Source: a virus. From it: DNA of 64,000 nucleotides. The position numbers and the translations under genes were made by a program. The notes below the pieces were generated by a model. The model searched no databases and was not told where the DNA came from. It saw only the letters and a program-made list of their open reading frames with translations. Every line of letters begins with the position of its first letter. Position 1 is the stretch's first letter. Positions 56,486 to 64,000 of the stretch are shown in pieces. The stretch is taken from positions 29,063-93,062 of IMG/VR virus record IMGVR_UViG_3300032046_000010; one strand, written 5' to 3'.

Positions 56486-57137
56486 GCTTCACGCTCCTGT
56501 CCTGTTCCCGCTGCTCCCGCTTGTCATCACGGCGCAGCTGCTTCTTGAGTCCCGCGATCTCCGATTCCATCGTCTGGAACCGATCCACGTTCTTGTCCTG
56601 CTGTTCCTTGGCCTGCTGACGGCTGGGCAGCGCGTCCAGTTCCCGCTTCCACTTGGCGATCTGCTCGCCCGCCGTGTTGAGACAGGTGTTGATCTTGGTG
56701 TCGAGCCGCTTGATCTCGTCCACCTGCTTCTTGAGCCGCCCCTCCCACTCCCGCTCCTTGTCCTTGGTGTAGGAGTCGAGCACGCCCTTCAGCTTCGCCG
56801 CCTCCGCCGGGAGGGTCTTGCGGATGGCCTCCAAGGCTTCCTCAACCTTGTCGAAGCCTTCCTCCACATCTTCCACCTTGGCGAAGTCCGGCCGCTGCTC
56901 CGGCTGGGCTTCCGCTTCGGGGTTGATGAGAGGCTTTGTGGCCACTTCATCACGGACATGGCGCATCATCTCCAGCTGTTCTTCGGCCATGTCGCCTACG
57001 AACGGTGGATGGTGCTCCACGTGTTCCGCCGTCTGCTGGAACGCCTCCGCCATCTCCGGCGTCAAGGCCAACTGACCTTCTGCGACCTCCGGCTGCTGGG
57101 TCCCGTCGTTCATCTCACCCTCCATCATCTTGGCCAC
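56469..57137 (-). CDS. Coiled-coil hypothetical protein
   Basis: Long heptad pattern; GC3. Confidence 0.7.
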   Translation of the reverse strand: MAKMMEGEMNDGTQQPEVAEGQLALTPEMAEAFQQTAEHVEHHPPFVGDMAEEQLEMMRHVRDEVATKPLINPEAEAQPEQRPDFAKVEDVEEGFDKVEEALEAIRKTLPAEAAKLKGVLDSYTKDKEREWEGRLKKQVDEIKRLDTKINTCLNTAGEQIAKWKRELDALPSRQQAKEQQDKNVDRFQTMESEIAGLKKQLRRDDKREQREQDRSVKHGGKR

Positions 57138-57601
57138 GGTGTTGTTGGCTGTTCCTCGCCATTGACCCCGTGGTAGCAGAACCTTTCGCGCTCCGAACCA
57201 TAGCAGTCATCGCTGCGGCAGCACACCAACAGCTTGACCTCGACCTCGTCACATAGCTCCCAGGTGTAATGAGGCCGAACAGCTGGGAACAGTTTGGCCT
57301 GATAGCCAAGACGGCACGGGATCGGCCCGATGCTAGGTGACGGAATGTCCTGCCCTGGGCCCAAAACACGGTATCCCTGCGCCACAATCCACCCTTCGTG
57401 GGCGGGAGTACACCCCAGCAGGGGAATGACCACTAGCATCCACTTCCACATCAAGCGTTTCACGTACCTGACGCGCCTCAGCAAGTCGGATTCTGGATGG
57501 GACGGACGATTGGGGGCAGGGTGGAGAGTGTCGTGGAGTTGAGACAGGCCGGAACCAGCCATTCTGGAGTCGGTCTGCCGCGTTTTGGCTCGCTCTCTCA
57601 T
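57125..57601 (-). CDS. Putative Cys-rich lipoprotein (start 57601 or 57451)
   Basis: MWKWMLVVIPLLGC lipobox. Confidence 0.5.
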   Translation of the reverse strand: MRERAKTRQTDSRMAGSGLSQLHDTLHPAPNRPSHPESDLLRRVRYVKRLMWKWMLVVIPLLGCTPAHEGWIVAQGYRVLGPGQDIPSPSIGPIPCRLGYQAKLFPAVRPHYTWELCDEVEVKLLVCCRSDDCYGSERERFCYHGVNGEEQPTTPWPR

Positions 57602-57632
57602 CGCCCGTCCCTCCCAGAACCCGACCTCATCG

Positions 57633-57643
57633 CCGGAGTCTAG
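57633..57643 (-). promoter_or_regulatory. Motif B CTAGACTCCGG (TAGACT -10-like)
   Basis: Exact copies at 60076 and 62099, near-copy at 20595; all lie just upstream of SD+ATG. Confidence 0.55.
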
Positions 57644-57817
57644 CCGTTGCTACCAACACTGGGCCGGACGGATGCGCAGTGTGGACAACGCTCCGGCCGA
57701 ACTGGCTTGCCGCATTGCTTCTGGACCGAAACCTTGCCCCCACACCTCATACACTGGTACAAGTCATGGCCGTCGCCGCCTCCGACCCAAACCAAACGCC
57801 CCTTCTTGGCCATCCTC

Positions 57818-58027
57818 TCACGCCTCCTGGCTGGGATACAGCCGAAACGCTACGCGCCTCATGCCTTTCGCTGACTCGTTCATCCAGATGGACAGTCGGA
57901 ACCGGCCCGGCAGCAGGTCGGCCAGCACCGCGATGGCGTCGAACCACACAGCGATGAACCGAATCGCCACTGAAACCAGTCGCTTGAACGGATTCACTAC
58001 AACGTTCCAGCGCGTCTCAGGCTTCAC
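57818..58027 (-). CDS. Small hypothetical protein
   Basis: Overlap-coupled to the upstream gene. Confidence 0.45.
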   Translation of the reverse strand: MKPETRWNVVVNPFKRLVSVAIRFIAVWFDAIAVLADLLPGRFRLSIWMNESAKGMRRVAFRLYPSQEA

Positions 58028-58317
58028 GACGGCTTCCCACCCAGATAGCGCTGTTGGACGATGCCAACGAGGGTCTTGATGTCATGAACGTCGTCCACCG
58101 GGAACACCCCCTGGAACGAATCGTGGAAGTACAACATCGCTCCGACCCTGGGTTCATCGTTCCCGCGTCCGATGAACGGCAAGACAGCGCGGATGGGACC
58201 GTGTTCGCGCACCGCCGCGTCCAGGGAAGCGTACAGTGGCGAGGGTTCGATGTCCGGGGTCTGTTCCATCGCCCGGGATTCTAGCCGATGATCCTGGTTC
58301 TGGGGTAGCCCCATCAC
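58024..58317 (-). CDS. Small hypothetical protein
   Basis: Overlap-coupled chain. Confidence 0.5.
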   Translation of the reverse strand: MMGLPQNQDHRLESRAMEQTPDIEPSPLYASLDAAVREHGPIRAVLPFIGRGNDEPRVGAMLYFHDSFQGVFPVDDVHDIKTLVGIVQQRYLGGKPS

Positions 58318-58523
58318 TTCTTGCTCGCTGGTTTGCCAGTTGGTGGAGCCGGGGGCAGCGCTTTCCGCTTCAACCCATGCTTCAGCTTGTCGTACCAGTA
58401 CACCGCCTCACGCGGAGGCATCGGCCCGTACTGCTTCTCAACACCCGTATCCAACCAGGTCACAACAACAAACCATTCCAGCCCTTCCCGCGCGATGACC
58501 CGGATGTACTTGCGACGCTTCAC
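58314..58523 (-). CDS. Small hypothetical protein
   Basis: GTGA-coupled chain. Confidence 0.55.
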   Translation of the reverse strand: MKRRKYIRVIAREGLEWFVVVTWLDTGVEKQYGPMPPREAVYWYDKLKHGLKRKALPPAPPTGKPASKK

Positions 58524-58795
58524 GGTTCCAGCCCTTGGCAGGAATGAAGATGGATGCGCAGCCGGTCTGCGATGCCCAAGGTCCCGTTCCCATCATAGGT
58601 GTACCGGAGCGCCGTGGACGCCACGGTCAAAACCGTACAGTGACACAGCTTACAGCGAAACAGGATGACATCATGGTACGGGTCCGGCTCGATGTTGAAC
58701 AAGCCCAGCAGGTAGTTGGGAAGGTCATTGCGGAGCGGCCCAAGGCATTCGGGTAGCTCACGCCCTTCCGCGTCGTGGAGCCTGTATCCAATCAT
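58520..58795 (-). CDS. Small hypothetical protein with CxxC and HxxxC (possible zinc ribbon)
   Basis: FRCKLC...HLHSC. Confidence 0.55.
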   Translation of the reverse strand: MIGYRLHDAEGRELPECLGPLRNDLPNYLLGLFNIEPDPYHDVILFRCKLCHCTVLTVASTALRYTYDGNGTLGIADRLRIHLHSCQGLEP

Positions 58796-58922
58796 TCGTC
58801 ACTCTGCTGGTCTGTCCGCTGGCCCGCTTCCGGCTCGCACCCTCCATCGTCCCAGACGATGGCAAGGAACACCAATGTCGCAACCAGGACCACGAAGCAG
58901 ACGGCTGAGCGGTAGGCGACGG

Positions 58923-59102
58923 TCACAGCTTCGGCTCCGCCACGTCAACCACCACATACCGCACACGCTTGTCGCCCCAGAGTTTGGACACCCACTTCTG
59001 CGCTGCTCGCCGGGTGAAGTGCAACTTGTCGGTCAGGACCCACGGCCCGCTCGACACCATCTCGGGCAGGTACACGAACACCAACCAGATGCGACGCTTC
59101 AC
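58923..59102 (-). CDS. Small hypothetical protein (59 aa, MKRRIWLVFVY...), absent from the ORF track
   Basis: GTG start overlapping the upstream TGA; fills the gap. Confidence 0.5.
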   Translation of the reverse strand: MKRRIWLVFVYLPEMVSSGPWVLTDKLHFTRRAAQKWVSKLWGDKRVRYVVVDVAEPKL

Positions 59103-59365
59103 TGCTTCCCTCCAAACATCGCGTACAGCTTCCGCGCCTCCGACTCCGCCGCCTGCTTCGCCTCGACCTCCGTATCACATCGCACGGGGTCGCAGAGCCG
59201 GTGGTTGGTCAGTCGGGGTCCGTCGAACACGCACCCGTACCAGTACGGCATGATGCGCCAGATGCGGAGGTGGAAGATGGTCCGGCCGTCCGGTGCCGTC
59301 AACAGCGCCTTCCGGGTGCCGTTCCCGTTCTTGGGCTGCCAGTCGTCGCAGATCCAGCCCATCAC
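59099..59365 (-). CDS. Small hypothetical protein
   Basis: Coupled; DTEVEAKQAAE motif common in small phage proteins. Confidence 0.6.
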   Translation of the reverse strand: MMGWICDDWQPKNGNGTRKALLTAPDGRTIFHLRIWRIMPYWYGCVFDGPRLTNHRLCDPVRCDTEVEAKQAAESEARKLYAMFGGKQ

Positions 59366-60060
59366 TTCACATCCAGAAGCTTGGCGAACACATGCTGATC
59401 CATCCCTCCTATGGAGATTCCCCAGTTGTTCGCCTCGCGCACCGCTTTCTGGTGCACGTCATAGGCGTTCTGGAACTGGATGATGAGCTGCTTGATGGCC
59501 ATGGAGTAGGCCACCTTGAGCACCATGTCGTTCGTGGTGGCCATCAACTCGTTGAATTTGGCCCACTGACTCTGGACGTAGGCGAGGTGGGCTTGCTGAA
59601 CCACCACACCCCGCATAGCAGTCAGGTAGCGCATCGCCCTCACAGGGTCGATGTGATTGGACAGCGCGATGCGCAGCATTTTCATCACTGCTTCGTCCCA
59701 CGGCACGCTGTAGGAACATCCGCGCGTTTTGCCAGCCTCCATCTTCAGTGTGCTCAGTTCCGCCAGCCGGTCCTCCACGACAGTGTGAAGGCGATCAACT
59801 GCTTCCTCCCGGGTCCGGCCGGACGGTCCCACCAAACGCTCACGGTTGGGCAACACGATGTATGCCTCCCACTTGGAGTTGTCGGGAGCCGGTTCCACCG
59901 CGCAGTTCATCAACGGCATGTTCTTGGTCTTCATGTTCCGCCTCGCCCGCTGTAGCTCGCTGATCACCCAGAAGTCGCAATCTGACGTAGGGTGTTTCAG
60001 CAGACACCCGCCCTTGTTGATGGGTGAGCGAGCGCAATCACGGCATCGCTTGGACTTCAT
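59362..60060 (-). CDS. Hypothetical protein with an N-terminal Cys cluster and HicB-like segment
   Basis: AGGAGG SD; CRDC..C..C; GRTREEA. Confidence 0.6.
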   Translation of the reverse strand: MKSKRCRDCARSPINKGGCLLKHPTSDCDFWVISELQRARRNMKTKNMPLMNCAVEPAPDNSKWEAYIVLPNRERLVGPSGRTREEAVDRLHTVVEDRLAELSTLKMEAGKTRGCSYSVPWDEAVMKMLRIALSNHIDPVRAMRYLTAMRGVVVQQAHLAYVQSQWAKFNELMATTNDMVLKVAYSMAIKQLIIQFQNAYDVHQKAVREANNWGISIGGMDQHVFAKLLDVK

Positions 60061-60075
60061 CTTCGACCTCCTGCA

Positions 60076-60086
60076 CCGGAGTCTAG
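60076..60086 (-). promoter_or_regulatory. Motif B CTAGACTCCGG
   Basis: About 16 nt upstream of the ATG at 60060. Confidence 0.55.
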
Positions 60087-60331
60087 TGTTCCGGCTCGCC
60101 GTCTGGCCGTTCCTCACCCGATGTGCCGATGGTGACCGGTGCCGGTAGCTTGTGTCCCTGGATGATTGCTAGGCCGATAGCTCCCGCAATCTTGGCCGCA
60201 TTCTCGCCGGTCCACTCGTACACCACACCATCTTCCCGTTCGACCCGAACCTTGACAGTGCGCGGTGGAGCCGTACCCAGGATCAAGTCCGCCAGCAGGA
60301 TGTTCAGGAGCCGGTGAGGATCAAGGGGCAT
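60083..60331 (-). CDS. Small hypothetical protein (MPLDPH...)
   Basis: Overlaps the upstream stop. Confidence 0.5.
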   Translation of the reverse strand: MPLDPHRLLNILLADLILGTAPPRTVKVRVEREDGVVYEWTGENAAKIAGAIGLAIIQGHKLPAPVTIGTSGEERPDGEPEH

Positions 60332-60731
60332 CGTCCGCTCCAGGCGGGATGCAAGCCATGTCCACGATCTCCAACGCAAAACAGGACTGGCTATCAGGCA
60401 TCGGCTCGTGGCAGTAGACATACCAGGTTTCCTGCGCCCTGGTGCTACAGTTGTCGCCGTCCGCTGCGTACACGGCATCCCGCTCGATCACCACGGTGTA
60501 AGACTGTGCTGGGCGTGTCCATGATGGGTCCGTCGCCACAGCGCCGTCGCCGTTGTGCTGGACGGCAACGATTCGCCTCCCGCTCTCAGCAGGGTCGCTT
60601 CCCGCCACCTCAACCATCATCGCATGAGACTCCATCAGAACATAGAGTCCAGCCAGCGCCCGCTCGTGCTGGAGGCTTCCGGGCAAGCCTCCCGTCGCCA
60701 ACATCGCAACCAACGATAACAACCATTCCAT
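60321..60731 (-). CDS. Putative exported protein
   Basis: Hydrophobic N-terminus; 4 Cys. Confidence 0.55.
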   Translation of the reverse strand: MEWLLSLVAMLATGGLPGSLQHERALAGLYVLMESHAMMVEVAGSDPAESGRRIVAVQHNGDGAVATDPSWTRPAQSYTVVIERDAVYAADGDNCSTRAQETWYVYCHEPMPDSQSCFALEIVDMACIPPGADDAP

Positions 60732-60740
60732 CGCTTCACC

Positions 60741-61115
60741 TCACCACAACAGTTCAGGGTACGATTGAGTGAACGACTCGCCAACACACCAGCAGAACGC
60801 CGGAGCCGCTCCCTTTGCTGGGATGTAGATCGGGGTGTGTCCTCCCCAGTTGGGGCGTGTTTCGCAGAGCACGCTGCCGGAAGTCTCGCACCGTAGTTTC
60901 CACTGCTCCGCCTCCATCCGTCCGTGGGCCATACAGGAGTCCACGCACTGTGCCTGCGTCGCAGAGGTGCTGGGCGCGCAACTCCCCGCCATCTCCCTAG
61001 ACGCGCTCCAATGCCCCAGGGAGTGCCCGATGGTGGCGCCAACGACCAAGATGAACAGGAGCGCCAGCAACCCAGCGATCACGTTCTTGGTACGGTCTGT
61101 CATTGCCCACCTCAA
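60741..61115 (-). CDS. Membrane-anchored Cys-rich protein
   Basis: TM IAGLLALLFILVVGA; multiple Cys. Confidence 0.6.
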   Translation of the reverse strand: MRWAMTDRTKNVIAGLLALLFILVVGATIGHSLGHWSASREMAGSCAPSTSATQAQCVDSCMAHGRMEAEQWKLRCETSGSVLCETRPNWGGHTPIYIPAKGAAPAFCWCVGESFTQSYPELLW

Positions 61116-61636
61116 CCGTGCGGCGCGTCCGGCGCAACAACCCGCCAGAGCAGATCCATCGCCGCCTTCTGCTGTGCGAAGTTGTTCTGTGCCGCACCAA
61201 GGCGAAGCTTGTTGCCGGGCCAGCGCCTCGCCTCCCGAAGCTCCCGGCCCACCGCCTTCATCGCCTCCGTCATCTCGGACAGCAGCGCCTCCTGCTGGGC
61301 GACGGTCAGATGCTCGACCGTGGGGCGAAGCTCCGTGGCGCGGTTCGCCCGCGACAAGTCCCAGACCACGAGATCAGACGGCTGGATCAGGTCGCTCAGC
61401 CGGTTCATGCGCACCAGGTTGCCGATGGCGTCCTTGGGAAACAGCGCCGTGCTGATGGTGGCCAAGAAACGCCATGCCAGGTGTCGGGTGGTGATCAGGG
61501 TCTGGAGCAGTTCCGCCGGCAGGATCTCGGGAGCCTCGACCAGCGCGATGGGAGCGATGTACGGAGCCGTCCGGGTCGCCTCCTGCTCGTCATCCTCGGT
61601 GTTCGGTGCCGTGAACAGGTGAAGTGTCTGGGTCAT
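61112..61636 (-). CDS. Hypothetical protein
   Basis: ATGA-coupled. Confidence 0.65.
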   Translation of the reverse strand: MTQTLHLFTAPNTEDDEQEATRTAPYIAPIALVEAPEILPAELLQTLITTRHLAWRFLATISTALFPKDAIGNLVRMNRLSDLIQPSDLVVWDLSRANRATELRPTVEHLTVAQQEALLSEMTEAMKAVGRELREARRWPGNKLRLGAAQNNFAQQKAAMDLLWRVVAPDAPHG

Positions 61637-62079
61637 ACCCCACGCTCCCTCGCAAAGTTGGTGAACGCCATTACCATCGAAGCCTTCAGGACCTCGTGGA
61701 ACGCAGGCAGGATGATCGCGGATTCCTGCGCGTGGGAGTAGGCCAAGGCCAGGAACAGCGCGACCACCGCCGTTTCATCCGATTGTCTGATGGTCTCTGC
61801 GATACGTGCGGCTGCCCCCTTCGGAGTCTCCCTCACGATGAGCAGCAGGATGCGTCGCGCGATGTCGGCCAGGCTCGACCTGAGCTGATAGTCCGACATG
61901 ATGTAGTCAGTCAGCACCAGCTTGTATGTCTGGATCTCCCGCTTGGCGCGGATGCCAGTGGCGCCCACGGCGAGCCACTTGGCCCAAGGCGCAGAAGGGA
62001 TCACGCCAGCATCCCCGGCAAGCGCCAAGAGGTGCGAGATCACCACGATGGGGTCGTTCTTTGACTTGTATCGGCTCAT
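61633..62079 (-). CDS. Hypothetical protein
   Basis: AGGAGG SD; follows motif B. Confidence 0.65.
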   Translation of the reverse strand: MSRYKSKNDPIVVISHLLALAGDAGVIPSAPWAKWLAVGATGIRAKREIQTYKLVLTDYIMSDYQLRSSLADIARRILLLIVRETPKGAAARIAETIRQSDETAVVALFLALAYSHAQESAIILPAFHEVLKASMVMAFTNFARERGV

Positions 62080-62098
62080 CGTCGCCTCCTGCCTCTGG

Positions 62099-62109
62099 CC
62101 GGAGTCTAG
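62099..62109 (-). promoter_or_regulatory. Motif B CTAGACTCCGG
   Basis: About 20 nt upstream of the ATG at 62079, just downstream of a terminator. Confidence 0.55.
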
Positions 62110-62135
62110 GGCATAGCGCCAAGGAACACTGTAGG

Positions 62136-62175
62136 AAACAAAACGGCCCTGGCTCCGTGTGGGGTGCCAGGGCCG
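62136..62175 (-). terminator. Rho-independent terminator
   Basis: Minus strand CGGCCCTGGC-loop-GCCAGGGCCG followed by TTTTGTTT. Confidence 0.75.
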
Positions 62176-62397
62176 ATTCCCTTTGCCTGGGAGCTAGCTG
62201 ACCGTGCGCCATCTGCACGCGCCAACCCCTGGGCCGTGGATACGGCGCATCTGGGCGGCCCAGGCCCAGAGCGGAGTGACTCAACATGGCGCTCCCTCCG
62301 GCCCACACGCCGAAGCATCAGGACGGCCGCCAGTAGCAGCATTACCAGGAGGGCAATCTGTAGCAGGACGGCCATCGCGCCGGGAGACTAGAGCAGG

Positions 62398-63492
62398 CTA
62401 CCAGGGCTCACCCAGGAAGCAGAACGACCGGAACGCCAGCGGGCCGTAGGTCACAAGCGGCCGGGCTGGAGGATGCGGAGCAGTTGAGCCGCACTCGGCC
62501 AGATAGCCAGGGACCACGGCCATCGCAAAGGTCGTGATGGCAGAGCAAGCAGCGGTTGTCGTGTGGACGGCCACGTGTCCATCGATGCGGAACTCGGACC
62601 AGCCCGCTCCGGTCGCCGGGTCGCACACCTGTTCCTCTTGGACCTCGATGGGATTGGACGGTGCCCACGATGCGGTGCGGTCCAGCGAGACAAAACGGGA
62701 GGTGGTTGGGCTGTACTCCACGATGAAGTCGCCCAACCCGGAGTGCCAGACGTGACGGAGACAGGATGACGAGGGCAGGGGAGACACGCCCGGTAACACC
62801 AGAGTGTACGTCGCAAGGACGCGCCGCCAGGAGCCGCCATCCACGTAGAACAGGGCAACACGGTCGGTGACCGTCACCCAGTTCACGTTGCGTTGCGGGT
62901 CGGTGGTTCCTACCCACAGGAAGTCGGCCGGGGTGAACGGTGCGATGGACGTTCCAGACGTGTCCCAGTCGGAGCAGATTGTTGTGGGGGCAGGCGTGTC
63001 GGGCAATGCGTCTGCTTCAGGCGGCACATCTGCTTCCGGTAGCTCGTCAAGAGCATCGGGAACATCGGGAACATCAGGTAGGTCGGCCTCCGCTTCAACC
63101 TCTACATCTGGCTCCGTGTCGAGGATGTCCGTGAGGTCTGGGGGCGCGTCCGGCTCGATGTCGGCATCGGGTCCGGCATCGTCGGGGTCTGCGTCTGGAG
63201 GGGATGTTTCATCCAGCGGGACATCCGCGTCTGCAAGGATGTCCGTGGTCTCGACATCTGGGAGGATGTCGGGTTGGGCTTCATCCGGCGGGGCATCGGC
63301 CGTGTAGTCAGGCTCCGTCGCATCCGGTTCCGGTTCCGGTTCCGCATCCGCCTCCGACTCGATGGTGTCGGCGTCTGCGGGGGTATCGTCGGAGGCATCA
63401 GAGGCATCCGGCGACAGGTCGATGAACGTGTTGGAACAGCCGCCAGTGAGGGCGAATGTGAGGACTGCGATGATGGCTGCGGTGCGATTCAT
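62398..63492 (-). CDS. Lipoprotein with an acidic D/E/P-rich linker and C-terminal beta domain
   Basis: MNRTAAIIAVLTFALTGGC lipobox; PDA/DAD repeats. Confidence 0.78.
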   Translation of the reverse strand: MNRTAAIIAVLTFALTGGCSNTFIDLSPDASDASDDTPADADTIESEADAEPEPEPDATEPDYTADAPPDEAQPDILPDVETTDILADADVPLDETSPPDADPDDAGPDADIEPDAPPDLTDILDTEPDVEVEAEADLPDVPDVPDALDELPEADVPPEADALPDTPAPTTICSDWDTSGTSIAPFTPADFLWVGTTDPQRNVNWVTVTDRVALFYVDGGSWRRVLATYTLVLPGVSPLPSSSCLRHVWHSGLGDFIVEYSPTTSRFVSLDRTASWAPSNPIEVQEEQVCDPATGAGWSEFRIDGHVAVHTTTAACSAITTFAMAVVPGYLAECGSTAPHPPARPLVTYGPLAFRSFCFLGEPW

Positions 63493-63710
63493 GGATGTTT
63501 CCTTCCTTGGCGTTCTATGCGGTCAATCTCAACCGCGAGATAGGCCCACGTGCCGTCTGCTGGGGGCGGGGCAAAGTCGCGTTCTTGTTCAAGGTAGAGG
63601 GTTGCTGCCGCAAGGGGAACCCAGGTGGATTCGCGCTGAGACCAGTACAGAGTCGGAGATGCCTTGTATCGTACAACGAGCAACTGGTCTATCTTGAGGC
63701 GTGTCGGCAT
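63489..63710 (-). CDS. Small hypothetical protein
   Basis: GGAGG SD; ATGA coupling. Confidence 0.6.
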   Translation of the reverse strand: MPTRLKIDQLLVVRYKASPTLYWSQRESTWVPLAAATLYLEQERDFAPPPADGTWAYLAVEIDRIERQGRKHP

Positions 63711-64000
63711 CTCGACCTCCTGTCGGGAAGCCTAGATGGTGGACGGGGTTGGGGGAATATTGGTGCGTTGGCTATTGGTGGTTTTGGAGGGGGAGTGTGC
63801 GCGGGGGTTGCTGGCCAGACGAAGGTTTTGCGCCACCACACCCCACCGGGAGATGTGCCACTGGGGGCCAACTGGACGCATTGAATGCGCAACATCTGCC
63901 GGCCCTCCCCCTGAGGCCCACCGCCCCTTTGCTCGACCTCGACAACGGCTTGGTACATCGTCAGGCTCCGCCCCTCCCCTGGGGCCTCCCCACCCCCGCC

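Larger units (their letters stand above)
1..64000 (-). mobile_element. Segment of a contractile-tailed dsDNA bacteriophage (Caudoviricetes, myovirus morphotype) genome
   Basis: Complete packaging, head, neck, sheath/tube, TMP and baseplate modules plus primase/helicase, all co-oriented. No host housekeeping genes, integrase or att site were seen in the window. Confidence 0.97.

Noticed and set aside
62106-62375. 89-aa ORF with an N-terminal TM
   Set aside because: It runs through a clear terminator; a short membrane peptide is possible but unsupported.
1-64000. tRNA genes, integrase/att sites, TAG recoding, introns/inteins
   Set aside because: No cloverleaf or integrase recognised by eye; core genes are full length under the standard code; the GIY-YIG gene does not interrupt another gene.

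Overview
The whole window is a segment of a high-GC, contractile-tailed (myovirus-type) dsDNA bacteriophage genome. Essentially every real gene is on the minus strand, and the long plus-strand ORFs are antisense shadows. In transcription order (right to left) it carries: small accessory and membrane genes, including an acidic lipoprotein (57.1-64 kb); a SleB-like hydrolase, terminase, a Cys-rich SLT transglycosylase, portal, Mu-F, XkdF-type protease, scaffold and major capsid protein (45-56.5 kb); neck, sheath, tube, frameshifted chaperones, tape measure, baseplate and a beta-helix tail spike (21-44 kb); a GIY-YIG nuclease and a holin/spanin-like cluster (17.8-21 kb); an SF2 helicase, DnaB and primase, followed by an AT-rich repeat region that looks like an origin (12.3-17.8 kb); a CobS/CobT pair, a histone/HMGA-like protein and a sigma factor (6-12.3 kb). 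The left end holds a translationally coupled nucleotide-metabolism operon (0.2-5 kb): FAD oxidoreductase, MazG-HAD fusion, divergent ThyX, class-III PLP aminotransferase and dNMP kinase. This operon is the best candidate for an undescribed system, possibly a pre-replicative pathway to an amino-modified pyrimidine. Other observations are two families of repeated upstream motifs, an apparently split prohead protease, nested starts in the histone-like gene and modular fibre paralogues. A Myxococcota-like host is suggested but not proven. All calls rest on motif recognition by eye; no database searches were run.
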